This document shows positions 1-8,870 of a stretch of 32,000 nt of DNA, one piece after another. How positions within the stretch are numbered: the stretch's first letter is position 1; every line of letters begins with the position of its first letter. Both the position numbers and the translations under genes were made by a program. The notes below the pieces were generated by a model that made no database searches, was not told the DNA's origin, and worked only from the letters and a program-made list of their open reading frames with translations. This DNA comes from Sulfolobus acidocaldarius DSM 639. Lineage in GTDB: Archaea; Thermoproteota; Thermoprotei_A; Sulfolobales; Sulfolobaceae. The stretch is taken from assembly GCF_000012285.1 (NCBI RefSeq), contig NC_007181.1:600001-632000 (forward strand). The letters run 5' to 3'.

Positions 1-121
1 CTTAAAAGATACTCATAATATTCTAATTCTTTTTTCAATTCAGTTATTTTATTTTCTAGAAATTTTTTTAGTTCTTCAATGTTTGTACTCACACTATTAA
101 TATTATTTAGGAGTAGAAATG

Positions 122-128
122 TTTAAAA
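122..128 (+). promoter_or_regulatory. Candidate TATA box (TTTAAAA) for the lysY-lysZ-lysM unit
   Basis: TTTAAAA is centred about 28 nt upstream of the ATG at 153, with a purine-rich AGAAAT immediately 5' (BRE-like). The spacing implies a leaderless or near-leaderless mRNA, which is usual for first genes of Sulfolobales operons. Confidence 0.4.
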
Positions 129-152
129 CCAATATTACTTTTTGAGTTATGA

Positions 153-1205
153 ATGATAAGAGTAGCAGTTATTGGTGGATCAGGGTATACAGGTGGAGAA
201 TTATTAAGGCTATTAGCTATGCATAACAAAGTAGAAGTAACCTATATAACATCCAGGGAATATGCAGGTAAACCGATATCAATTATTCATCCAAACCTAA
301 GAGGATTTTATAATATCAATTTTTCACAGTTTTCATGGGATAAAATAGGAGAAAAAGCCGAGGCCGTATTTTTAGCCTTACCTCATAAAGTTTCTGTAGA
401 TTATGTACCTAAACTTTTGGAAATGGGACTACAGGTAGTGGATTTAAGTGCTGATTTCAGATTGAAAAATCCAGAATTATATAAATTATGGTATGAGTTT
501 GACCATCCGTATCCTGATTTATTAAAAAAGGCTGTCTATGGAATCCCAGAGATACACTATGAGGAATTAAAAGGGGCAAAATTAATAGCTTCACCTGGTT
601 GCAATTCCACAGCTACTATACTTGCAGCAGCGCCATTAGTATATAGTAATATATTAGATAACTATAGGTTGATTAGTGACGTAAAGGTTGGTAGTAGCGA
701 AGGAGGGGCAAAACCTAGCGAAGGAAGTCACCATCCGGAAAGACAGAATGCTATAAGGCCCTATGAAGCTGAGGGGCATAGACATGCTGCAGAAGTTGAG
801 CAAGAGTTACAGTATATATCGAAAAAAGAAGTAAAAATAAGTTTAGTACCTCATGCTGTTAGCACAATTAGAGGTGCACTTGCGTCTGTACATGGTTGGC
901 TTATTTCGGATGATCTCAACGAGATTGAATTTTGGAAAAAAATTATTGAATTTTATAGAGGTAGAAAATTCGTTAGAGTAATCAGAGGCAATATACATCC
1001 ATACCCAGATCCAAAATATGTGATTGGAAGTAACTTCGTAGATATTGGATTCGCAGTAGAGAAGAGAGTAGGTAGAATAACTATGTTTTCAGCAATAGAC
1101 AATCTTATGAAAGGAGCTGCAGGTCAGGCAGTTCAAGCTTTTAATGTTTCAAGAGGTTTCGAAGAAGACGAAGGTTTAAGAATTCCTCCATTGAGGCCTG
1201 CTTAA
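153..1205 (+). CDS. lysY: [LysW]-aminoadipate/glutamate 6-phosphate reductase (ArgC/LysY family, N-acetyl-gamma-glutamyl-phosphate reductase homologue)
   Basis: 350-aa ORF. N-terminal Rossmann motif VIGGSGYTGGELLRLL and catalytic-Cys motif SPGCNSTA typical of ArgC/LysY. First gene of a LysW-type cluster. Confidence 0.9.
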   Translation: MIRVAVIGGSGYTGGELLRLLAMHNKVEVTYITSREYAGKPISIIHPNLRGFYNINFSQFSWDKIGEKAEAVFLALPHKVSVDYVPKLLEMGLQVVDLSADFRLKNPELYKLWYEFDHPYPDLLKKAVYGIPEIHYEELKGAKLIASPGCNSTATILAAAPLVYSNILDNYRLISDVKVGSSEGGAKPSEGSHHPERQNAIRPYEAEGHRHAAEVEQELQYISKKEVKISLVPHAVSTIRGALASVHGWLISDDLNEIEFWKKIIEFYRGRKFVRVIRGNIHPYPDPKYVIGSNFVDIGFAVEKRVGRITMFSAIDNLMKGAAGQAVQAFNVSRGFEEDEGLRIPPLRPA

Positions 1206-1206
1206 T

Positions 1207-1992
1207 ATGATAGTAGTAAAAACCGGCGGTAGGGTTTTAAAACAAAATTTGGATAGAGTAGTTCAAAGTATAATAAAGACAAACAACAAAATAATATACG
1301 TTCATGGAGGAGGGGATCAGGTAACAGAATTATCTAGTAAGCTGGGAATAGAACCTAAATTTGTCACCTCACCAGAAGGAATAAGAAGTAGATATACCAC
1401 TAAGGAAGAGTTAGAAGTATTCATTATGGTTATGAGTTCGATTTCCAGGAATATATTGAGTAGGGTTTCCAGCTATCGTAATAGCATAGCCTTAACTGGT
1501 GCAGATGGAAAATTAGTGTTAGCAGAGAGAAAGAAAAAGATTATTGTTATAGATGAAAGAGGAAGAAAGAGAATAATTGACGGTGGATATACTGGAAAAA
1601 TTAAAAACATAAACAAAGAATTATTAGTAACATTTAGCAATTTATTTGAGGTAATAATATTATCACCATTGGCATATGATCCTGACGAATCTACATTACT
1701 AAATGTGGATGGGGATCAGATGGCGTTTGCTCTTGCTACAGCATTGAGATCCGATAACCTGATATTATTGACTGATGTGGAAGGTGTGATGGTTGATAAC
1801 AAAGTTGTTAATAAGTTAACAGTGGAAGAGGCTAAGGAATTATCTAAAAAAATAGGACCAGGTATGAATAGAAAAATATTAATGGCAGCAGAAGCAATAG
1901 AGAATGGAGTTAAGAAAGTGATAATATCATCTGGATTAGTAGAAGATCCAATTAAGAATGCATTAGAAGGAAAAGGCACGGTGATTGAATAA
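1207..1992 (+). CDS. lysZ: [LysW]-aminoadipate/glutamate kinase (amino-acid kinase family, ArgB/LysZ)
   Basis: 261-aa ORF with VVKTGGRVL and YVHGGG motifs of the acetylglutamate-kinase fold. Starts 1 nt after the lysY stop. Confidence 0.9.
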   Translation: MIVVKTGGRVLKQNLDRVVQSIIKTNNKIIYVHGGGDQVTELSSKLGIEPKFVTSPEGIRSRYTTKEELEVFIMVMSSISRNILSRVSSYRNSIALTGADGKLVLAERKKKIIVIDERGRKRIIDGGYTGKIKNINKELLVTFSNLFEVIILSPLAYDPDESTLLNVDGDQMAFALATALRSDNLILLTDVEGVMVDNKVVNKLTVEEAKELSKKIGPGMNRKILMAAEAIENGVKKVIISSGLVEDPIKNALEGKGTVIE

Positions 1993-2414
1993 TGGCAGAC
2001 GTTGATGATAGTGATATTAAGATATTAGAGATGTTAAGGAAGAATGCTAGAACTCCTTTCACTATGATAGCCAAAGAATTGAAGATAAGTGAGGCTGCAG
2101 TAAGGAAAAGAGTAGAGAAGTTGATAAGATTAGGTGTAATAAAGAGGTTTACTATTGATTATGAATTAGAAAATGAGATAAAAGCAATAGTTATGGTTAA
2201 AACTAATCCTCAAATTCCTACTCCTGAGATTTCTAAAAAGATAATCAAAATACCCGGAGTGGAAGCAGTTTATGAAACAACAGGTGATTATGATGTTCTT
2301 GCATTAGTAAGAGGAATGAATATAATATCGATAAATAAGACGATAGATGATATAAGAAGTCTTCAGGGCGTTATAAGTACAAACAGTACTATAGTGCTTA
2401 GAGTTTGGTACTAA
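1992..2414 (+). CDS. lysM: Lrp/AsnC-family transcriptional regulator (LysM-like)
   Basis: 140-aa ORF. N-terminal HTH (DIKILEMLRKNARTPFTMIAKELKISEAAVRKRVEKL) plus a C-terminal RAM/ligand domain. The ATG overlaps the lysZ stop (TAATG). The position between lysZ and lysW matches the Sulfolobus lys cluster. Confidence 0.85.
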   Translation: MADVDDSDIKILEMLRKNARTPFTMIAKELKISEAAVRKRVEKLIRLGVIKRFTIDYELENEIKAIVMVKTNPQIPTPEISKKIIKIPGVEAVYETTGDYDVLALVRGMNIISINKTIDDIRSLQGVISTNSTIVLRVWY

Positions 2415-2422
2415 TTTCGAAC

Positions 2423-2439
2423 CTTTTATTTCATAAAAG
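2423..2439. promoter_or_regulatory. Perfect 7-3-7 palindrome CTTTTAT-TTC-ATAAAAG in the lysM-lysW spacer (candidate Lrp/LysM operator and/or lysM terminator element)
   Basis: CTTTTAT (2423-2429) is the exact reverse complement of ATAAAAG (2433-2439). It lies 40-56 nt upstream of the lysW ATG, just 5' of a TTTATAT TATA-like element at 2456-2462. Confidence 0.35.
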
Positions 2440-2478
2440 CTTTTCAACTGCTTACTTTATATTTCTATTCGATCCATC

Positions 2479-2649
2479 ATGGTACTATTAAAATGTCCAA
2501 TATGTGGTAATGATGTAAATGTACCAGATGATTCCTTACCAGGAGAAATAGTTGAGCATGAATGTGGTGCTCAATTAGAAGTATTCAATTCTAATGGAAA
2601 ATTAGCATTGAGATTAGCAGAGCAAGTAGGAGAGGACTGGGGAGAGTGA
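2479..2649 (+). CDS. lysW: Alpha-aminoadipate/glutamate carrier protein LysW (56 aa; not in the ORF track)
   Basis: Manual translation: [56 protein letters not shown]. It has a Zn-ribbon CPxCG...HECG and the diagnostic acidic C-terminal tail EDWGE, to whose terminal Glu the substrate is attached. The TGA overlaps the GTG start of lysX. Confidence 0.92.
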   Translation: MVLLKCPICGNDVNVPDDSLPGEIVEHECGAQLEVFNSNGKLALRLAEQVGEDWGE

Positions 2650-3503
2650 TAATAGGGGTATCGTATGACCTGTTGAGATGGGAAGAGAAGGACATAATAA
2701 CTGAAGCCAAAAAAAGCGGATTTAAGGCAATTCCTATATTTACAAAGGATTTTTATTCTGCAATAGGAGTAGGCGAAAATTACAGTGAATTAGAGGCAGA
2801 TGTTATAATACAGAGAAATACTAGCCATGCAAGGGCATTAACCACATCTTTAATTTTTGAGGGATGGAATTATAATGTAGTAAATGATGCGACAAGTTTG
2901 TTTAAATGTGGTAATAAACTATATACATTATCTTTATTAGCTAAACATAATATTAAGACTCCTAGAACTATTGTAACTTTTTCAAAAGATAAAGCTGTAG
3001 ATTTAGCTAAAAAAATTGGATTTCCTGCTGTAATAAAACCAATAGAAGGTAGTTGGGGAAGAATGGTTGCGAAGGCTGTAGATGAAGACATTTTATATAG
3101 CTTTCTAGAATATCAGGAATATACAACAAGTCAATTTAGGCAGATCTATTTAGTACAAGAATTTGTTAAAAAACCAAATAGAGACATTAGAATATTTGTA
3201 ATGGGAGATGAGGCACCAGTTGGAATATATAGAGTTAATGAACGTAACTGGAAAACAAATACAGCATTAGGCGCCAGAGCTTTACCGTTGAAAATAGATG
3301 ACGAACTAAGGGACTTAGCTCTTAAAGTGAGAGATATAATGGGTGGATTCTTTTTGGGTATAGATATTTTTGAGGATCCTGAAAGAGGATATTTAGTAAA
3401 TGAGGTGAATGGTGTACCGGAATATAAAAATACTGTAAGAGTTAATAATTTCAATGTATCGTCATACCTTTTAAATAAACTTAGAGAGTGGATTAAGAAA
3501 TGA
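2646..3503 (+). CDS. lysX: LysW--alpha-aminoadipate ligase (RimK/ATP-grasp family, LysX)
   Basis: 285-aa ORF with ATP-grasp architecture ([30 protein letters not shown]). GTG start overlaps the lysW stop. Confidence 0.88.
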   Translation: MIIGVSYDLLRWEEKDIITEAKKSGFKAIPIFTKDFYSAIGVGENYSELEADVIIQRNTSHARALTTSLIFEGWNYNVVNDATSLFKCGNKLYTLSLLAKHNIKTPRTIVTFSKDKAVDLAKKIGFPAVIKPIEGSWGRMVAKAVDEDILYSFLEYQEYTTSQFRQIYLVQEFVKKPNRDIRIFVMGDEAPVGIYRVNERNWKTNTALGARALPLKIDDELRDLALKVRDIMGGFFLGIDIFEDPERGYLVNEVNGVPEYKNTVRVNNFNVSSYLLNKLREWIKK

Positions 3504-4663
3504 AATTGATCCAACTGTATGGAGATAGGGGGTTAACGATTGTTAAAGGTGAGGCGCAATACGTCTGGGATATAGAGGGAAGAAGATACTTGGATTTTCA
3601 CACAGGAATAGGTGTAGCATTCCTTGGGCATAGAAATCCTATAATTTTAGAATATTTAAAAAACCAGTTAGAAAATATTAGTATTTTATCAACCTCATTT
3701 TCTACCCCAATTAAGGACGAGATGTTGCAGGCACTAGATAAGGTGAAACCAGATAAAATGGATAATGCTATGTTACTTAACAGTGGAACTGAAGCAGTGG
3801 AGGCAGCATTAAAAACAGCAAGAAAGATAACTGGAAGAAAAAAGATAATTGCGTTTAAGAACGCATTTCATGGAAGAACAGCAGGTTCACTTTCAGTAAC
3901 TTGGAATAAAAAATACAGAGAACCATTTGAACCTTTAGTTGGACCGGTCGAATTTTTAACATTTAATAATATCGAGGATCTTTCTAAGATAGATAATGAG
4001 ACGGCTGCAGTAATAGTTGAGCCTATACAGGGAGAATCTGGAGTTATTCCTGCTAACATTGAATTTATGAAAGCATTAAAAGAAAAGACAGAGAACACTG
4101 GCTCGTTACTTATTTTTGATGAAATTCAAACAGGATTCGGAAGAACAGGAAAGCTTTGGGCTTATAAGCATTATAATATTGTACCAGATATTCTCACGGC
4201 AGGTAAAGCTATTGGAGGAGGATTTCCTGTAAGTGTGGTCTTCCTTCCAGACCATATTGCAAATAAATTAGAAGAAGGAGACCACGGAAGTACCTATGGT
4301 GGTAATCCAATGGCAATGGCAGCAGTAACAGCTGCATGCAAAGTAATTGAAAAAGAAAATGTAGTTGAACAGGCTAACCAGAAGGGTCAACAATTTTCTA
4401 ACATATTAGTAAAGAACCTAGCTGATTTAAAGGTTGTTAGGGAGGTTAGAGGTAAAGGTTTAATGATTGGCATTGATATAAGGTTTCAGCCAGGTCAAGT
4501 CTTGAAATACCTGCAAGAAAAGGGTATATTAGCAGTGAAAGCAGGATCTACGGTTATTAGATTTTTGCCATCATATCTGATAACTTATGAAAATATGGAG
4601 GAAGCATCAAATGTTCTTAGAGAAGGATTACTTAAAATTGAAAATAAAGCAGTTTCTTCCTGA
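3500..4663 (+). CDS. lysJ: [LysW]-aminoadipate semialdehyde / acetylornithine-type class-III aminotransferase (LysJ/ArgD)
   Basis: 387-aa ORF with class-III PLP aminotransferase motifs ([32 protein letters not shown]). 4-nt overlap with lysX. Confidence 0.9.
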
Positions 4664-5635
4664 ATTTTTATCGATATATACGCCTTCCGGAGAAGAGTAT
4701 AAGGCTAAAGATTTTTTTGAGAAGATAGCCAGTGAGTTAGATTTGAGCCTTCAAGTAACCAGCACAAATTCCTATCTGTTGGGAGATGGCGATATATTAT
4801 TAGTAGGACATGTAGATACAGTACCAGGCTTTATTAATCCTAAAGAGGAAGGAGAGATTATATATGGCAGAGGAGCTGTAGACGATAAAGGTCCATTAAT
4901 TTCCATGATTATCGCAGCTTCTATATTGAATAAAAATGGTTACAGCGTTACTGTTGGTGCATTATCTGACGAGGAAAATAAGAGTAAAGGAGCACGAGAG
5001 ATATTACGTATTGGTAAGAAATATGATTACATAATAGTAGGCGAACCGACAAACACTTTTGGTGTAGTCGTGGAGTACAGAGGCGTTATACACCTAGATA
5101 TTTTATGTAGAGCAAGATCAGAGCATTCGTCCTCTGCTACTTCCAATTTGATTTTTGAAATTGCAAAGAAGATCATTAACACAACCAGAATAAACACCGG
5201 ATACGATGATGTGTCTATAGTTCCAACCATATTTAAGTCGGGAGAATATTTGAATGTAACCCCTTCTAATGCAGTAGTTCACTTCGATATAAGATATTCA
5301 GTTAGAAATTCTAAAGATCAAATAATGTCAGAGATACACAGAGAATTTGAAGGTTGCGAGATACATGAAGTTGAAGATATAAGCCCGGTAAAAGTGGATG
5401 TTAACAGTGATATAGTTAAAGTCTTTATGAGAAGTATCATAAAAGAAAATTATAAACCAACAATTCTAAGGAAGAGGGGAACTAGTGATATGAATATATT
5501 GAAAGATCTAGCATTAAAAGGTATATTAGCTTATGGTCCTGGAAATTCTAGTTTAGAGCACACAGATCATGAAAAAATTTCATTGGATGAAATATTTATA
5601 GCAACTAAAGTATATATTAACGCGATTGAAGCCTT

Positions 5636-5651
<16 letters not shown>
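4611..5651 (+). CDS. lysK: [LysW]-lysine/ornithine hydrolase (M20 peptidase family, LysK/ArgE-like)
   Basis: M20 motifs [16 protein letters not shown] and SDEE. The track ORF opens at ATG 4587. I prefer ATG 4611 ([10 protein letters not shown]...) because it gives a 346-aa product and is preceded by GGAGGA at 4596-4601. The start is uncertain; either choice overlaps the lysJ 3' end. Confidence 0.8.
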
Positions 5652-6424
<773 letters not shown>

Positions 6425-6456
6425 ATTTATATTCTAAATGAGTTAGTAATTTTCGT

Positions 6457-6843
6457 ATGAGTTATTATCAAGGTAATGATTCACGTAAAATAACAGGAGG
6501 TCAAAAAGGTAAAAATAGAGATAAGCGCAAGTATGAATTAGGCTCTCCGCCAACAGAGACTAAAATTAGCGATAAAGATATCAAAGAGAAAGATAGAGTT
6601 GCAGGCGGAAATTTTAAACTTAGGCTTAGATATGCTAGTTATGCAAATGTATATGATCCACAATCTAAAACAGCTAAGAAAGTAAAGATTATAAGTGTAC
6701 TCGAATCGCCAGCTAACAGAGAATATGCTAGAAGAGGTATTATAGTTAAAGGAACGTTAATACAGACAGAGCTAGGCAAAGCCAAAGTCACGTCAAGACC
6801 TGGACAAGATGGAATTATAAACGCTCTACTTCTGAGAGAATGA
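6457..6843 (+). CDS. rps8e: 30S ribosomal protein S8e
   Basis: 128-aa basic protein. The N-terminal pattern (SRKITGGQKGKNRDKRKYELG) and the C-terminal region match the eS8 family. Confidence 0.88.
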   Translation: MSYYQGNDSRKITGGQKGKNRDKRKYELGSPPTETKISDKDIKEKDRVAGGNFKLRLRYASYANVYDPQSKTAKKVKIISVLESPANREYARRGIIVKGTLIQTELGKAKVTSRPGQDGIINALLLRE

Positions 6844-7118
6844 GCTTAAGAGATTATAAAGAAAAAAAGATAGCTATTTGGCTAGCTTATTTTATTGCAG
6901 ATAGTAGAGAACAAGGAAGGAAAATTAGAAAAATAAGTAGAAAAATAGATATAAATATTTTATATCAAGTATCTAATTCTTTAGGGTTAAATCCACTAAT
7001 TATTTCTGATAAAATTCATCCCAGATCTGGTATACAAGGAATGATTCTGGTTGATAAAAAAGCTGGTAAGCATCATATAATAAAAATGATTAGAGATGAA
7101 TTAGAAAAGAATAAATAG
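6840..7118 (+). CDS. srp19: Signal recognition particle protein SRP19
   Basis: 92-aa ORF with IWLAYF....SR.QGRKI near the N-terminus, typical of archaeal SRP19. 4-nt overlap with rps8e. Confidence 0.8.
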   Translation: MSLRDYKEKKIAIWLAYFIADSREQGRKIRKISRKIDINILYQVSNSLGLNPLIISDKIHPRSGIQGMILVDKKAGKHHIIKMIRDELEKNK

Positions 7119-7120
7119 CG

Positions 7121-7223
<103 letters not shown>

Positions 7224-7248
7224 GCTAAAAATGATGATATATGGGAAG

Positions 7249-7256
7249 TATAAAAA
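7249..7256 (-). promoter_or_regulatory. TATA box (TTTTTATA on the minus strand) of tRNA-Lys(CTT)
   Basis: Proximal edge is 27 nt upstream of tRNA position +1 (7222). Identical to the element upstream of the second tRNA-Lys gene. Confidence 0.55.
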
Positions 7257-7283
7257 GTAATCGGACAGTTTGGAAATAGAGCT

Positions 7284-7532
7284 TCAATCTTTTCTCCTTT
7301 CATAATTACTGGATATCATTAAATATCCAACATATGCAACATAGATTGATACGCCTAAAATAATAGAAAAATTAATTATTTTAATAAATATATCAGAAAT
7401 CTTAAACGAGCCAAATGTTATCTGTAGATTTAAAAAAATAATAGCAAACGACAATGAAACAATTATAATGGAAACCGCTATCAGAACTAAACCTATAACT
7501 TTTATCTTAATTCTTTGCCATGCCATTCTCAA
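7284..7532 (-). CDS. Small hypothetical membrane protein (two predicted TM helices)
   Basis: 82-aa ORF with two long hydrophobic stretches (VIGLVLIAVSIIIVSLSFAIIFL and IINFSIILGVSIYVAYVGYLMI). Its 5' end overlaps the epimerase 3' end, suggesting translational coupling. An alternative ATG lies 6 nt downstream. Confidence 0.55.
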   Translation of the reverse strand: MRMAWQRIKIKVIGLVLIAVSIIIVSLSFAIIFLNLQITFGSFKISDIFIKIINFSIILGVSIYVAYVGYLMISSNYERRKD

Positions 7533-8436
7533 TATAATCCCTCACTGCAAGTCTCACTGCTTCTCTTGAAGAATATTTAGGTTTCCATCCTAACTTCTTT
7601 AACTTAGTTATATCCAATAACATATATCTGGCGTCACCCGGCCATCCTCTACCTCCTCCTGCATCAACATATTCATGAGCTGGAGTAAGTTTTAATTCCT
7701 CTTCAACAATACGAGCTATCTCATCTACTGATATCCAATCCTCATTTCCCAGATTATATACAGAGACTTGATCAATACTAGATTTCTCAATAACCTGAAA
7801 TCCGTCTATTACATCTGTAATATATATGTAACTTTTACGTTGTTTCCCGTTTCCTAGTATCTGCAATCTATTCGGGTCAGATCTCAATTTATTGATAAAA
7901 TCTTTAATTACCCCATGTGTAACTCTTCCTCCTATAACATTAGCTAGCCTAACTATAATACTCTTAATTCCATATACCCTCGAATAATAATTCACTAACT
8001 GTTCTCCCAGTAGCTTAAAAATACCATAATTAGATATGGGATTCGTTTGCTCTTCTTCAGGAGTAGGAATCTTTGATGGTTCCCCATAAACTGTCGAGGA
8101 TGAAGCAAAAATAAAGAGACATACGTCATTTTTTCTCGCAACCTCTAATATATTTAGTGTGGCTTTTACATCCATCTCAAAGTGATCTATTGTATTTGTC
8201 ATTGAATCTCTTACATCTGGATTTGCTGCTAAGTGGTATAATATACTCTCTTTTGGAACTTTCAAACCTAGAATATTATTACCTCTTAAATCTAAATTTA
8301 AATACAGTGCTTTATTGTTAATGTATTTACCATTCGTGAAATTATCTATAACTATAATTTCTTTATTCTGGTTTACTAAAGTATCGACTAGATGACCACC
8401 TATATATCCTGCTCCTCCGGTAATAACGTACAACAT
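7507..8436 (-). CDS. NAD-dependent epimerase/dehydratase (extended SDR; UDP-glucose 4-epimerase-like)
   Basis: 309-aa ORF with the N-terminal motif VITGGAGYIGGHL, an ASSSTVYG serine region and the YxxxK catalytic motif (YGIFKLLGE). Confidence 0.85.
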   Translation of the reverse strand: MLYVITGGAGYIGGHLVDTLVNQNKEIIVIDNFTNGKYINNKALYLNLDLRGNNILGLKVPKESILYHLAANPDVRDSMTNTIDHFEMDVKATLNILEVARKNDVCLFIFASSSTVYGEPSKIPTPEEEQTNPISNYGIFKLLGEQLVNYYSRVYGIKSIIVRLANVIGGRVTHGVIKDFINKLRSDPNRLQILGNGKQRKSYIYITDVIDGFQVIEKSSIDQVSVYNLGNEDWISVDEIARIVEEELKLTPAHEYVDAGGGRGWPGDARYMLLDITKLKKLGWKPKYSSREAVRLAVRDYIENGMAKN

Positions 8437-8722
8437 AATTCATTTATATCATACTTAATTACCAGATATAAATGTAATATCTTAATAGAAAGATATACTA
8501 GAATTTTAGCATTATATAAACCTTGTCTAAAAAATACCATATCCGTATATCATGACTCATTTTTAAGCCGAAACAGATAACACTAAAATAGTATAATATT
8601 TGGTTAGGGAATTTTTCATCTAAGCTATTTATGATCAAATGGCTAGCCTAATAATTTACGACCTAAAACTATTACAGTTTGCTTTGTACCTCAAAGATGT
8701 TAAGTTACAATTCCCCGATTAC

Positions 8723-8730
8723 TTTTTATA
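8723..8730 (+). promoter_or_regulatory. TATA box (TTTTTATA) of tRNA-Lys(TTT)
   Basis: Ends 27 nt upstream of tRNA +1 (8757). Part of the 42-nt flank shared with the other tRNA-Lys gene. Confidence 0.55.
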
Positions 8731-8755
8731 CTTCCCATATATCATCATTTTTAGC

Positions 8756-8852
<97 letters not shown>

Positions 8853-8855
8853 CGC

Positions 8856-8870
8856 TATTTTGTATTTTTC
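8856..8870 (+). terminator. Oligo-T tract downstream of tRNA-Lys(TTT) (candidate archaeal terminator)
   Basis: TATTTTGTATTTTTC begins 4 nt after the tRNA 3' end. Archaeal RNA polymerase terminates at T-runs. Confidence 0.4.

Noticed and set aside
1-152. Possible minus-strand gene or element at the left edge
   Set aside because: All frames on both strands contain stops within a few codons. The region is best explained as the lysY promoter/upstream spacer, and I could not support any feature other than the TATA-like box.
4587-4610. Upstream ATG 4587 as the lysK start (track ORF, 354 aa)
   Set aside because: It would extend the overlap with lysJ to 77 nt. ATG 4611 has a GGAGGA motif upstream and gives the family-typical length. 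This is a preference, not a certainty.
7230-7236. Perfect C-box-like ATGATGA next to tRNA-Lys(CTT), mirrored at 8742-8748 on the minus strand
   Set aside because: No CTGA (D or D') within 60 nt downstream on the relevant strand in either copy. The motif lies in the tRNA leader between the TATA box and +1, on the antisense strand, so the match is probably fortuitous.
8392-8580. 62-aa plus-strand ORF spanning the epimerase start and upstream spacer
   Set aside because: It begins antisense to the epimerase N-terminal codons, has Cys/Ser/Asn/Ile-rich low-complexity composition typical of AT-rich noise, and has no SD or TATA at a suitable distance.
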